Of a stretch of 64,000 nucleotides of DNA, positions 11,588 to 21,465 are shown one piece after another. The notes beneath the pieces are model-generated. The model saw only the letters and a program-made list of their open reading frames with translations, ran no database searches and was not told the DNA's origin. A program made the position numbers and the translations under genes. Positions within the stretch are counted from its first letter, which is position 1. Every line of letters starts with the position of its first letter. Source of the DNA: Hoeflea sp. (lineage in GTDB: Bacteria > Pseudomonadota > Alphaproteobacteria > Rhizobiales > Rhizobiaceae); assembly GCF_965230055.1 (NCBI RefSeq), contig NZ_OZ245939.1. One strand, 5' to 3'.

Positions 11588-12808
11588 TCAAAGCTCCACG
11601 CCGAGAATCTTGCCGACGGTGAAGATGTCCTTGTCGCCGCGGCCGCACAGGTTCATCACGATCGTCTGGTCCTTGCCCATCTTCGGGGCGCGTTTGATGA
11701 CTTCTGCAAGGGCGTGGGAGGGTTCGAGCGCGGGGATGATGCCCTCGAGCCTTGTCAGCAGCTGGAAGGCTTCGAGCGCCTCCTCGTCCATGACCGGAAC
11801 ATACTCGACCCGGCCCGACTCCTTGAGCCAGGAATGCTCCGGCCCGATGCCGGGATAGTCGAGGCCCGCCGAGATCGAATGGCCTTCCTTGATCTGCCCG
11901 TCGTCGTTCTGCAGCAGGTAGGTGCGGTTGCCGTGCAGAACGCCCGGGGCGCCGGCGGTCAGCGAAGCGCAATGCTCTTCGCCGTCGAGCCCCTTGCCGC
12001 CGGCTTCGACGCCGACGATCTGGACATCCTTGTCGTCGAGGAACGGGTGGAACAGCCCGATGGCGTTCGAGCCGCCGCCGACGGCCGCAACGAGCATGTC
12101 GGGCAGCTTTCCTTCGGCTGCGAGCATCTGTTCGCGGGTTTCCTCGCCGATCACCGACTGGAAGGTGCGCACCATCTCCGGATAGGGGTGCGGGCCGGCC
12201 GCGGTGCCGATCAGGTAATAGGTGTCGTCAACATTGGTCACCCAGTCGCGCAGGGCCTCGTTCATGGCGTCCTTCAGCGTGCCGTGACCGGACGTCACCG
12301 GGTTGACCTTGGCGCCGAGCAGCTTCATCCGGAACACGTTCGGCGCCTGCCGTTCGACATCCGTGGCCCCCATGTAGACCTCGCAAGGGTAGCCGAAACG
12401 CGCCGCAACGGTTGCCGATGCAACGCCGTGCTGGCCGGCTCCGGTTTCGGCGATGATCCGGGTCTTGCCCATGCGCTTGGCGAGCAGAATCTGGCCGACG
12501 CAATTGTTGATCTTGTGCGAACCGGTGTGGTTGAGCTCGTCGCGCTTGAAATAGATCTTCGCGCCGCCCAGGTGCTCGGTCAGCCGTTCGGCGAAATAGA
12601 TCGGCGACGGCCGCCCGGTATAATGGGTGTTGAGCTGATCGAGCTCTGCGCGGAATTCGGGATCAGCCTTCGCCTTGGTCCATTCCTCTTCAAGCTCGAG
12701 GATGAGCGGCATCAGTGTTTCGGCGACAAAACGGCCGCCGAAAATGCCGAACATGCCCTGCTCGTCGGGGCCGGTGCGAAAGGAATTCGGATTGGTTGGC
12801 TGATTCAC
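11588..12808 (-). CDS. trpB: Tryptophan synthase beta subunit
   Basis: [33 protein letters not shown]; probable GTG start at 12808 with GGAG RBS. Confidence 0.97.
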   Translation of the reverse strand: MNQPTNPNSFRTGPDEQGMFGIFGGRFVAETLMPLILELEEEWTKAKADPEFRAELDQLNTHYTGRPSPIYFAERLTEHLGGAKIYFKRDELNHTGSHKINNCVGQILLAKRMGKTRIIAETGAGQHGVASATVAARFGYPCEVYMGATDVERQAPNVFRMKLLGAKVNPVTSGHGTLKDAMNEALRDWVTNVDDTYYLIGTAAGPHPYPEMVRTFQSVIGEETREQMLAAEGKLPDMLVAAVGGGSNAIGLFHPFLDDKDVQIVGVEAGGKGLDGEEHCASLTAGAPGVLHGNRTYLLQNDDGQIKEGHSISAGLDYPGIGPEHSWLKESGRVEYVPVMDEEALEAFQLLTRLEGIIPALEPSHALAEVIKRAPKMGKDQTIVMNLCGRGDKDIFTVGKILGVEL

Positions 12809-12828
12809 TGCATCTACTCCCAAGAACG

Positions 12829-13494
12829 TCACATACGTGCGTCTGAAACTGCCTGGACAAAGGCATCCATCATGGCGGTGTCCTTGACGCCGGGCGCGCT
12901 TTCCACGCCCGAGGAGACATCAACGCCCGGCGCGCCGCTGATCCTGAGCGCCTCTGCGACATTGTCCTTCGTCAATCCACCCGAAAGCATGTAACTAGCG
13001 GACCCGTCAAGCGATGAAAGGTCAAGCCCGGCCAGCAGTCTCCAGTCGAAGCTCACGCCGTTGCCGCCGGGAAGGTCCGAGCCTTTTGGCGGTTTGGCGT
13101 CAAACAGCATCCTGTCGGCCACGCCTCTGAACGGCTCGATCGCCATGAGGTCCTCAGCATTGCGGACGGACAGGGCCTTCATGACCGGAAGACCGTAACG
13201 TACCTTGAGTACGGACAGCCTCTCCGGCGTCTCCGCCCCGTGCAATTGCAGCCAGTCCGGCTTCATGGTTTCGACAATCCCGTCAAGGGCATCATCATCC
13301 ATGTTGACGCTCACCGCCACGGTCTTCAGGCCGCGATCACGGGCGAGACCTGCAAGTGCGGCGGCGGTGTCGACGGAGACGTTGCGCGGGCTCTTTTCGA
13401 AAAAGATGAACCCCGCCATCTCGGCGTCGAGATCCGCAGCGCGATTGACCGCTTCCGGCGTGCTCAGCCCGCATATCTTGATCGGTATTGTCAT
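12829..13494 (-). CDS. trpF: Phosphoribosylanthranilate isomerase
   Basis: [28 protein letters not shown]. Confidence 0.95.
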   Translation of the reverse strand: MTIPIKICGLSTPEAVNRAADLDAEMAGFIFFEKSPRNVSVDTAAALAGLARDRGLKTVAVSVNMDDDALDGIVETMKPDWLQLHGAETPERLSVLKVRYGLPVMKALSVRNAEDLMAIEPFRGVADRMLFDAKPPKGSDLPGGNGVSFDWRLLAGLDLSSLDGSASYMLSGGLTKDNVAEALRISGAPGVDVSSGVESAPGVKDTAMMDAFVQAVSDARM

Positions 13495-13560
13495 GGCGGC
13501 TGACGTCGCACAAAACGGCGCGAGAGTCGAGGCGGCGGGTTGTCCCAACCCGGGCCCGGT

Positions 13561-14307
13561 CTAAAAGCTTATGGCGAACAGTCCAGAGCCGTTCTGCTTG
13601 AGCCAGCGCTTGCCTTCGTCGGTGCGCGGGCACAGCCACCGGCAGGTCGCCCAGAACTCTGGACCGTGGTTCATTTCCTTTAGATGCGCCACTTCGTGGG
13701 CGGCGAGATAGTCGATGACGAAATCCGGCGCCATCGCGATCCGCCACGAGAAAGACAGGTTGCCCTCCGATGTGCACGACCCCCAGCGGCTCTTCGTGTC
13801 CTTGTAGGATATCGACCGGTACGGTTTTCCGAGCGTCGTTGCATGCATGCCGACAAGCCGCTCCAGTTCCTGCCGCGCGGTGCGCTTGAGATGATCGGCC
13901 ACGCGCCGTCCGGCATGTTCGGGAAGACCCGAAACCATCAGGGTGGGAACGCCGTCGATCTCGCGCTCTTCGGCCAATCCCCTGAGCCTGCCTGTGAGTT
14001 CGATGCGGTGTTCGACCCCGCGGATGGAGATCTTGCCAATGTCCATAAGTGGACCGGCATCGGTTACCCGCGCGAGCCGTGTCATAAGCCAGCCGTGATG
14101 GCGCGTCAGAAAGGCATCGATCTCGCGTGTGGGTATGCCGCGCGGAACCGTTAGCTTCAGGGCCTGTCCGCCCGGCTCGATCCTGAGCGTCATTCGGGTC
14201 GCACGCGCATTCTCGCGGATGGTCAGCGGCAGCGCGCGGCCATTCACCGTGACGCTGTCAGGCCGCGGCGTAGCGGGTCTCGAAAGGGTGCGGGCGAGTC
14301 CGAACAT
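13561..14307 (-). CDS. M48/SprT-like (YgjP) zinc metallopeptidase
   Basis: KSRWGSC..G.LSFSWR, YLAAHEVAHL (HExxH), NHGPEFW. Confidence 0.9.
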   Translation of the reverse strand: MFGLARTLSRPATPRPDSVTVNGRALPLTIRENARATRMTLRIEPGGQALKLTVPRGIPTREIDAFLTRHHGWLMTRLARVTDAGPLMDIGKISIRGVEHRIELTGRLRGLAEEREIDGVPTLMVSGLPEHAGRRVADHLKRTARQELERLVGMHATTLGKPYRSISYKDTKSRWGSCTSEGNLSFSWRIAMAPDFVIDYLAAHEVAHLKEMNHGPEFWATCRWLCPRTDEGKRWLKQNGSGLFAISF

Positions 14308-14364
14308 ACAAGGTCTTCTATCCGATTCGCACCCGTGGCGGCCTGTTTTCGGTGCGGCGGGAAA

Positions 14365-14393
14365 CAAAAACGGCGCCCGCGATGGGGCGCCGT
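14365..14393 (-). terminator. Intrinsic terminator after the DUF2852 gene
   Basis: acggcgccc/gggcgccgt stem; A-tract on + strand is a U-tract on the - strand. Confidence 0.75.
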
Positions 14394-14417
14394 GTTGACG
14401 TCGTGCTGATCTGGAAA

Positions 14418-14849
14418 TCAGCCGTCGATCTCAGGGACAGAGCCGCCCTTCTTCTTGGTCTGGCCTTCCTGGCGCTTGGCCATGAACTGCTCGAACTCTT
14501 CGCGATCGCGCGCCATGCGCAGATCACGCATGTGCTGGTCGAATTCCTTGCGCATCTCGTCGAGCCGTTTGCGCTCTTCGTCGAGCCGCGAAAGCTCGCT
14601 GTCGCGCCATTCGTCGAAGGCCACGTTGCCGCTGCCTGCAGCAAAGCCCTGGCCGCTCTTCTTGCGGAAGGCGCAAGTGAACTCGTCGGTGGCGCGGTTG
14701 ACGTCGGCCTTGAACGCATCAAGGCGGTCGCCCCAGATGATATAGGCGAGCATGGCCAGACCGAGCGGCCAGAAAACCATGAAACCAATCACCATCAGCG
14801 CAATGGTTGCCGGCGTCCAAGCGGGGCGGATCAGTGCGGTTTGTGTCAT
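14418..14849 (-). CDS. DUF2852 family membrane protein
   Basis: One TM segment (IGFMVFWPLGLAMLAY) then SGNVAFDEWR..L.RL.EE..DREEFEQFM, characteristic of DUF2852. Confidence 0.85.
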   Translation of the reverse strand: MTQTALIRPAWTPATIALMVIGFMVFWPLGLAMLAYIIWGDRLDAFKADVNRATDEFTCAFRKKSGQGFAAGSGNVAFDEWRDSELSRLDEERKRLDEMRKEFDQHMRDLRMARDREEFEQFMAKRQEGQTKKKGGSVPEIDG

Positions 14850-15011
14850 CGGGTATACCTCATCTCTTCGATGGGAAGCGGGGATCGTTTCCTAGTGAAT
14901 TCGATGTGGTATGAAACTGCCGCCGATTCAAGAAATGCCCCGAAAGAAACCGGCAAATTCTTGTTTTTTAATGAAAATATCGGACTGCTAAAATGCCGGA
15001 TGATATCCCGA

Positions 15012-16295
15012 TCACCCGGCCTTGCTGTCCTTCACCAGCTTCGGCCGGCTCTTCCCCGCCCGGTTTGCCTTGCCGTGTGAGCGGATGAAATCGAGGATGC
15101 GCGGCGCAATTTCGGCGCGGTATCGCGAGCCGTTGAAGACGCCGTAATGCCCCACCTTCGGCTGCACGTAGTGATGGCGCATGTCGTCGGGAATGTTCGT
15201 GCAGATGGTCTGCGCCGCTTCGGTCTGGCCAAGGCCGGAAATATCGTCGTTCTCGCCCTCAATGGTCAGCAGCGCGACATTGCAGATCTTGCTGGTGTCG
15301 ACCCGCTGGCCGCGATGCATCATTTCGCCCTTGGGCAATGAATGCTTGATGAAAACGGTGTCCACGGTCTGCAGGTAAAACTCTGCGGTCAGATCCATCA
15401 CCGCCAGGTACTCGTCGTAGAAATCGCGATGCCGCTCGGCCGAATCGCCGTCATCCTTGACGAGGTGCAGGTAGAAATCCTTCTGCGCGATCATGTGGCG
15501 GTCCAGGTTCATGGTCATGAATCCCGAAAGCTGAAGAAATCCGGGATAGACCTGACGGGTAAAGCCGGGCAACGGCCACGGCACCTGCATGATGACGTTG
15601 TCCTCGAACCATTCCAGCGGCTTGTTCTGGGCCAGCTCGTTGACGCCCGTGGGATTCTTCCTTGTATCGATCGGCCCGCCCATCAGCGTCATGGAGGAGG
15701 GGGCAAACCGGTCGCCGTTTTCCTCCATCACCGCCACCGCGGCCAGCACCGGCACCGAAGGCTGGCAGACAGCCATCACATGGGTGTCGGGACCGAGCGC
15801 ATGCAGCATCGAGATCACGTAGTCGATATAATCGTCGAGGTCGAAGCGGCCCTCTGTGACCGGAACCATCCGCGCATCGGTCCAGTCGGTGATGTACACC
15901 TCCGCCTTGGGCAGCAGGGCCTCGACGGTACCCCGCAGCAGGGTGGCATAGTGGCCGGACATCGGCGCCACGATCAGGATCTTCGGATCCGGCCGGTGAC
16001 TTGCGGGCAAAGTCCGTTCGAAATGGATGAGATCGCAGAACGGCCGCGACCAGACGACCTTCTCATGCACGGATACGGGACCGGAGTCCAGCTTGGTCGT
16101 GTTCAGGCCGAATTCCGGCTTGCCGTAACGCCGGGTCGTGCGTTCGAACAGCTCGAAGCCGGCGGCCACGGCGCGGCCGTAGGGCGTGTGCGAGATCGGG
16201 TTGACCGGATTTCGGAAGGCCAGCCGCATTGCATCGGCATAGGCCCGCATGGGCGCCATTGCTGCGTGGTTAAGCTCATACATCTGGTAGAACAT
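15012..16295 (-). CDS. phaZ: Intracellular polyhydroxyalkanoate depolymerase
   Basis: MFYQMYEL, LIVAPMSGHYATLLR, AVCQPSVP (catalytic Cys), GPIDTR, VGHYGVFNG. Confidence 0.93.
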   Translation of the reverse strand: MFYQMYELNHAAMAPMRAYADAMRLAFRNPVNPISHTPYGRAVAAGFELFERTTRRYGKPEFGLNTTKLDSGPVSVHEKVVWSRPFCDLIHFERTLPASHRPDPKILIVAPMSGHYATLLRGTVEALLPKAEVYITDWTDARMVPVTEGRFDLDDYIDYVISMLHALGPDTHVMAVCQPSVPVLAAVAVMEENGDRFAPSSMTLMGGPIDTRKNPTGVNELAQNKPLEWFEDNVIMQVPWPLPGFTRQVYPGFLQLSGFMTMNLDRHMIAQKDFYLHLVKDDGDSAERHRDFYDEYLAVMDLTAEFYLQTVDTVFIKHSLPKGEMMHRGQRVDTSKICNVALLTIEGENDDISGLGQTEAAQTICTNIPDDMRHHYVQPKVGHYGVFNGSRYRAEIAPRILDFIRSHGKANRAGKSRPKLVKDSKAG

Positions 16296-16424
16296 CAAAA
16301 ATCGCCCCTGTATTCGGCAAGCGCCGTATTCGCAAAGCGAACCGGCTGCCATCATACGCCCGGCTTCCTTGTACCGGACTGACCGGTTGCGCCGGGTAAA
16401 CCGGCAATCAGCGTAGCATGCTTT

Positions 16425-16471
16425 TGCTGCATAGCAACAAAAACGCCGCGCAAACCCGTTGCTTCGCAGCA
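16425..16471. promoter_or_regulatory. Candidate PhaR operators upstream of phaZ
   Basis: TGCTGCATAGCA (16425-16436) and TTGCTTCGCAGCA (16459-16471), both with a TGC-N3-GCA core, 130-175 nt upstream of phaZ. Confidence 0.55.
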
Positions 16472-16756
16472 CATGGATAAGAAACTTTCAAAAAATCAGG
16501 GTGTTGCTGGCCCTGTGGCCAACAAGCCCGGGCATTGGTTTGTGGCAGGGCTTGTACTGGCGCGGGATAAAACCGGTCATGCAGCCGGACACCGGCGACT
16601 CATGCCGTGCGGACCCGAAGGGGTTTTCGGGGCAAGTACGGGCGTTCCGGCCGGGCCCGTCATCAATTGTCGCTATTCATGGCCCGAATCTGGGCTTACC
16701 CCGCGCCCCTGTTCCCGGTTAAGTCAAAACGCAGACAGAATTCCGGAGCGCAGGCA

Positions 16757-17959
16757 TTGCAACCATTTGGCGGCAGTTTCACCCAACAGGAAGGTCTTGG
16801 CGAGGACGTGATAGACGCGGTTGCAGATGTGCTCCGGTCCGGCCGTCTGCATCGCTACAACACGGCCCCGGGAGAAGTCTCAAGAGTCGCGTTGCTCGAA
16901 AAAGCCTATGCCGCCTACCAGGGTGCCCGTTATTGTCTGGCTTGCGCCTCAGGCGGCTATGCCATGGCAATCGCGCTCCGCGCTGCGGGCCTTGAGCCCG
17001 GAGAGACCGTCCTGACCAACGGCTTCACCCTTGCGCCCGTCCCCGGAGCGATCGTCTCCGCAGGCGGAAAGCCGCTTCTGGTCGAAATCACCGATGACCT
17101 TGTCATCGATTTCGAGGACCTCGAGCAAAAGGCGGTTTCGAGCCAGGCACGCTTTCTGCTCCTGTCCAACATGCGAGGCCATCTGGCCGATATGGAACGG
17201 CTGGATGAGATCGTCCGTAAACTCGGACTGATCCTGATCGAGGACTGCGCCCACACGATGGGGGCCTCTTGGAACGGAGTGAAAAGCGGCAATTTCGGAC
17301 TTGCAGGGTGTTTCTCCACCCAGACCTACAAGCATCTCAATTCGGGCGAGGGCGGATTGCTGACTTCGAACGACCCGGAATTCATGGCCCGTGCCATCGT
17401 GCATTCGGGATCCTACATGCTCTATGAGCGCCATGGCGCGGCGCCGGAGCGGGAGGTTTTCGAAGGGATCCGCCTGGACACGCCGAACATGTCCGGGCGC
17501 ATGGACAATCTGCGCGCCGCCGTTCTTCTGCCGCAACTCGACCGTCTCGACGAATCGATTGGGCGCTGGAACCAGCGCTACCGCACGGTTGAAGCCGGCC
17601 TGGCGGGTGTTCAGGGCCTCGTTCTTCGCCATCGGCCGCAGAAGGAGCATTTCGTCGGTAGTTCGATCCAATTCCGGATCCCGGGTCTGACCTCGGAACG
17701 TGCGATGGAATTCGTCTCCGATGCGGGCAGTCTCGGGGTGGAACTGAAGTGGTTCGGTGCCGACGCACCGGTTGGATTCACCTCCAACCATCACAGTTGG
17801 CGCTACGTTGACCCGCAGCTGCTTCCCGCGACCGACACGGTTCTTTCAACCCTGTTCGACATGCGTTTGCCGTTGACTTTTTCGCTTGAGGATTGCCGTC
17901 ATGTGGCCGCGATCATCGCCCATTGCGCAGAACGGCAGCTCCTGGCCAGAGCCTCCTGA
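16757..17959 (+). CDS. DegT/DnrJ/EryC1/StrS family PLP-dependent aminotransferase
   Basis: LIEDCAH, FSTQTYKHLNSGEGG (Schiff-base Lys); probable TTG start at 16757 after GGAG. Confidence 0.85.
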   Translation: MQPFGGSFTQQEGLGEDVIDAVADVLRSGRLHRYNTAPGEVSRVALLEKAYAAYQGARYCLACASGGYAMAIALRAAGLEPGETVLTNGFTLAPVPGAIVSAGGKPLLVEITDDLVIDFEDLEQKAVSSQARFLLLSNMRGHLADMERLDEIVRKLGLILIEDCAHTMGASWNGVKSGNFGLAGCFSTQTYKHLNSGEGGLLTSNDPEFMARAIVHSGSYMLYERHGAAPEREVFEGIRLDTPNMSGRMDNLRAAVLLPQLDRLDESIGRWNQRYRTVEAGLAGVQGLVLRHRPQKEHFVGSSIQFRIPGLTSERAMEFVSDAGSLGVELKWFGADAPVGFTSNHHSWRYVDPQLLPATDTVLSTLFDMRLPLTFSLEDCRHVAAIIAHCAERQLLARAS

Positions 17960-17962
17960 AAA

Positions 17963-17993
17963 CTGGCAATGCGGAGCGGCCAAACTGGCCCTA
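17963..17993 (+). promoter_or_regulatory. Candidate TauR direct-repeat operator upstream of xsc
   Basis: AAACTGGCAAT and AAACTGGCCCTA 22 bp apart; the same motif recurs upstream of tpa and tauA. Confidence 0.6.
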
Positions 17994-18045
17994 GAGCCTT
18001 GCATTGCGGATGTGGATGGTAGCGCGCAATCAAGAGGAGTGTCCC

Positions 18046-19830
18046 ATGCCCAGAATGACCACCGAGGAAGCTTTCGTCAAAGTTCTCCAGATGCATGGTA
18101 TCGAACATGCCTTCGGCATCATCGGTTCGGCTATGATGCCGGTATCGGACCTGTTCCCGAAGGCGGGAATTACCTTCTGGGACTGTGCTCACGAGACCAA
18201 TGCGGGTCTGATGTGCGACGGTTTCATTCGTTCCACCGGCAAGATGGCCATGGCGATCGCCCAGAACGGCCCCGGCGTCACCGGTTTTGTCACGCCCGTC
18301 AAGACGGCCTACTGGAACCACACCCCCATGCTGCTGATCACCCCGCAGGCGGCCAACAAGACCATCGGCCAAGGCGGTTTCCAGGAAATGGAGCAGATGC
18401 GGCTGTTTGCCGATTGCGTCTGTTATCAGGAAGAGGTGCGTGATCCCTCCCGTATTCCCGAAGTGCTGAACCGGGTCATCATGAAGGCATGGCGTGGATC
18501 GGCGCCCGCGCAGATGAACATCCCGCGCGACATGTGGACCCAGGTCATCGATGTCGAGCTCCCGCAGGTGGTCACCTTCGAACGTCCCGGCGGTGGAGAG
18601 GAAGCCATTGCAAAGGCGGCCGAACTCCTGTCGGAGGCGCGATTCCCGGTTATCCTGTCGGGTGCCGGCGTTGTGCTTTCCGGTGCGATCCCGGATCTGG
18701 TCAAGCTTGCCGAGCGGCTCGATGCCCCGGTCTGCTCGAATTACCAGCATAATGACAGTTTCCCCGGTTCGCACCGTCTGGCGGTCGGCCCCCTCGGCTA
18801 CAACGGCTCCAAAGCAGCAATGGAGTTGATCGCAAAGGCCGATGTCGTGCTGGCGCTTGGCACACGGCTCAACCCGTTCTCCACATTGCCTGGCTACGGA
18901 ATCGACTACTGGCCCAAGGATGCGAAGGTCATCCAGGTCGATATCAATGCCGACCGGATCGGCCTGACCAAGAAGGTGACTGTCGGCATTGAGGGCGACG
19001 CCACCAAGGTGGCGCGCGCGATCCTTGCCCAATTGACCGACGGTGCCGGTGATGCGGACCGCGATGAGCGCAAGAACCTGGTATCTCTGACCAAGTCGCG
19101 CTGGGCGCAGGAACTGTCCTCGCTCGACCACGAGGAAGATGATCCGGGGACCGTCTGGAACGAGGAATCCCGCAAGCGCGACGCCGATCTGATGTCGCCC
19201 CGTCAGGCTTGGCGGGCCATTCAGTCGGCATTGCCCAAGGACGCAATCATTTCCTCCGACATCGGAAACAATTGCGCCATCGGCAACGCCTATCCGACCT
19301 TCGAGCAGGGCCGCAAATATCTCGCGCCCGGCCTGTTCGGGCCCTGCGGCTACGGGTTTCCCTCGATTCTCGGCGCCAAGATCGGCCAGCCCGACGTCCC
19401 GGTGGTGGGTTTTGCCGGCGACGGCGCCTTCGGTATTTCCATGAACGAGATGACTGCCTGCGGCCGAGATGAGTGGCCGGCAATCACCATGGTGATCTTC
19501 CGCAACTACCAGTGGGGCGCCGAAAAGCGCAACACGACGCTCTGGTACGACAACAATTTCGTCGGCACCGAGCTCGATCGCGACACTTCCTATGCGGCAA
19601 TCGCCGAGGCCTGCGGCGCCACCGGCGTGGTTGTCGCGAGCCAGCAGGCGCTCACCGAGGAACTCGGCAAGGCCGTCGAGCGGCAGATGAAGGACGGCGA
19701 GACAACCTTCATCGAGGTCATGCTCAACCAGGAGCTGGGCGAGCCGTTCCGCCGGGATGCGATGAAGAAGCCTGTGGTCGTCGCCGGTATCAGCCGTGAC
19801 GACATGCGCCCGCAGCAGGGCGCTGTTTGA
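18046..19830 (+). CDS. xsc: Sulfoacetaldehyde acetyltransferase (ThDP-dependent)
   Basis: MTTEEAFVKVLQMHGIEHAFGIIGSAMM, GDGAFGISMNE, NYQWGAEKRN; taurine cluster context. Confidence 0.96.
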   Translation: MPRMTTEEAFVKVLQMHGIEHAFGIIGSAMMPVSDLFPKAGITFWDCAHETNAGLMCDGFIRSTGKMAMAIAQNGPGVTGFVTPVKTAYWNHTPMLLITPQAANKTIGQGGFQEMEQMRLFADCVCYQEEVRDPSRIPEVLNRVIMKAWRGSAPAQMNIPRDMWTQVIDVELPQVVTFERPGGGEEAIAKAAELLSEARFPVILSGAGVVLSGAIPDLVKLAERLDAPVCSNYQHNDSFPGSHRLAVGPLGYNGSKAAMELIAKADVVLALGTRLNPFSTLPGYGIDYWPKDAKVIQVDINADRIGLTKKVTVGIEGDATKVARAILAQLTDGAGDADRDERKNLVSLTKSRWAQELSSLDHEEDDPGTVWNEESRKRDADLMSPRQAWRAIQSALPKDAIISSDIGNNCAIGNAYPTFEQGRKYLAPGLFGPCGYGFPSILGAKIGQPDVPVVGFAGDGAFGISMNEMTACGRDEWPAITMVIFRNYQWGAEKRNTTLWYDNNFVGTELDRDTSYAAIAEACGATGVVVASQQALTEELGKAVERQMKDGETTFIEVMLNQELGEPFRRDAMKKPVVVAGISRDDMRPQQGAV

Positions 19831-19874
19831 GAACGGGGGAAGCCGGGCCGGGAGCCTCTGCGGATGCAGGGGCT

Positions 19875-21338
19875 CTAGAGCCTTTCGATGGCGTCGGCGA
19901 TGATATCGATCCCGGCGGGGATCTTGGCGCTGTCGATGGAAGAGTAGGCAATCCGGTAATAACGGTTCCCGTCTTCCGGGTTGGCAAAGAAGAAATGGCC
20001 GGGCTCGATTAATACGCCCCGCTCCCTGACCGCACTGGCCAGGGCACGGGCGTCCATACTTTCGGGCGTTTGCATCCAGAAACTTGAGCCGCCCGAGACG
20101 TCCGCGCCGGCGATCTGAAGGCCGCGCCGGTCGATGGCGTCCTGCATCACCTCGCGCCGCCGCCTGTAGGTTTGCCCCATGCGTGCGACAAGCGCATCGA
20201 AATGGCCGAGCGACAGGAAATTCGCGACCGTGCGCTGAAGGTGGCCCGGCGGATGCCGCACCACAACCATTCTGAGTGCCCGGGCCTCGCGGATGAAGGT
20301 TTCGGATCCGACGATGTAGCCGAGCCTCAGACCGGGAAACAGCGATTTCGAGAACGAACCGACATAAATCACCCGGCCCTCCTCATCGAGCGACTTGAGC
20401 GCCGGCGCCGGCGGATGGAGAAACGACATCTCGAACTCGTAGTCGTCCTCGACGATCAGGAAATCGTGCCGCGCGGCCATTTCGAGCAGTTCCTGGCGCC
20501 TTTCGAGCGGCATCGTCACGCTGGTGGGGCAATGGTGGCTCGGCGTGGTGAAAACGACGTCCGTTTCCGGCGGGAGAGAATCGAGACACATGCCGGAATG
20601 ATCCACTGGCACGTTGACGACATTGCAGCGCGCCAGATTGAGCGCTGCGCGCAGCCCCGGATAGCCCGGGTTCTCCATCACTGCGGTCCGGCGTTGGTTG
20701 AGCAGCACCTGTGCGGCCAGCCACAGCGCATTCTGGCCCCCCATCGTGATCAGGATCTGTTCGGGCTTGGCCTGGATGCCGCGCCGCGGCAGGGTGTTGA
20801 GCGCGATGTACTTGATCAGCTCCGGGTCGTCGCGTTCGTAGCTGTCGGCGGTGACGGCCTCGAATTCGCGCTTGCCCAGCGCCTGGAGCGCGCATTGCCG
20901 CCAGTTGCTGTGATCGAAGATCTTCTCGTCGGCCTGCCCGTAGATGAACGGATAGGGGTAGCTGCGCCAGTCGACGGGCTTTTCGACGAGCACCTGTCCG
21001 GAATAGCGTTGGGCAATGGCCCTGCCCCAGTCCACCGAATCCGATGTTACCCCGCCAAGCGATTCAAATCGCGTCCGCTGCGGCGCGGTCGGCGAGACAT
21101 AATATCCCGACCGGCCCTTCGCGATCAGGTAGTCGTCGGAGACCAGTTCGCTGTAGGCCAGTGTCACCGTGATGCGGCTGATGCCGAGATGAGCCGCAAG
21201 CTTCCGGCTGGACGGAAGCTTGGCTCCGGGATTGAAACGTCCCGAAAGCACGCCCTCGCTGATCATCCGCTGGATCTTCTGCTGCAGCGTGCCTTCGAAT
21301 TTCGGGTCGAGAAAAAACGTGTCTATCGGGATCGACAT
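19875..21338 (-). CDS. tauR: MocR/GntR-family PLP-dependent regulator TauR
   Basis: N-terminal wHTH (LPSSRKLAAHLGISRITV) plus aminotransferase-like domain (SFSKSLFPGLRLG); lies between xsc and tpa. Confidence 0.9.
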   Translation of the reverse strand: MSIPIDTFFLDPKFEGTLQQKIQRMISEGVLSGRFNPGAKLPSSRKLAAHLGISRITVTLAYSELVSDDYLIAKGRSGYYVSPTAPQRTRFESLGGVTSDSVDWGRAIAQRYSGQVLVEKPVDWRSYPYPFIYGQADEKIFDHSNWRQCALQALGKREFEAVTADSYERDDPELIKYIALNTLPRRGIQAKPEQILITMGGQNALWLAAQVLLNQRRTAVMENPGYPGLRAALNLARCNVVNVPVDHSGMCLDSLPPETDVVFTTPSHHCPTSVTMPLERRQELLEMAARHDFLIVEDDYEFEMSFLHPPAPALKSLDEEGRVIYVGSFSKSLFPGLRLGYIVGSETFIREARALRMVVVRHPPGHLQRTVANFLSLGHFDALVARMGQTYRRRREVMQDAIDRRGLQIAGADVSGGSSFWMQTPESMDARALASAVRERGVLIEPGHFFFANPEDGNRYYRIAYSSIDSAKIPAGIDIIADAIERL

Positions 21339-21465
21339 AAAGACATCCAGCCGGTTTTGGCCAGCATATCCTTGAGCTTGCCGCTTAGGAAGGGCCGCCC
21401 GGATCGCGCCGACGGCCTCGCGGGCGGCGGTGACAGTCGGGGATGCCGAGGCCCCCGTCGTTCGG

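Noticed and set aside
3-13494. amgK-murU-addBA-trxA and trpFBA-accD-folC juxtaposition
   Set aside because: Standard conserved alphaproteobacterial synteny; the genes look intact
16473-16811. 112-aa ORF in the phaZ/aminotransferase gap, and a single CTGGCCCTG (16507) resembling a TauR half-site
   Set aside because: No RBS, motif or typical codon usage, and it overlaps the next gene; the half-site has no partner at 22-23 bp
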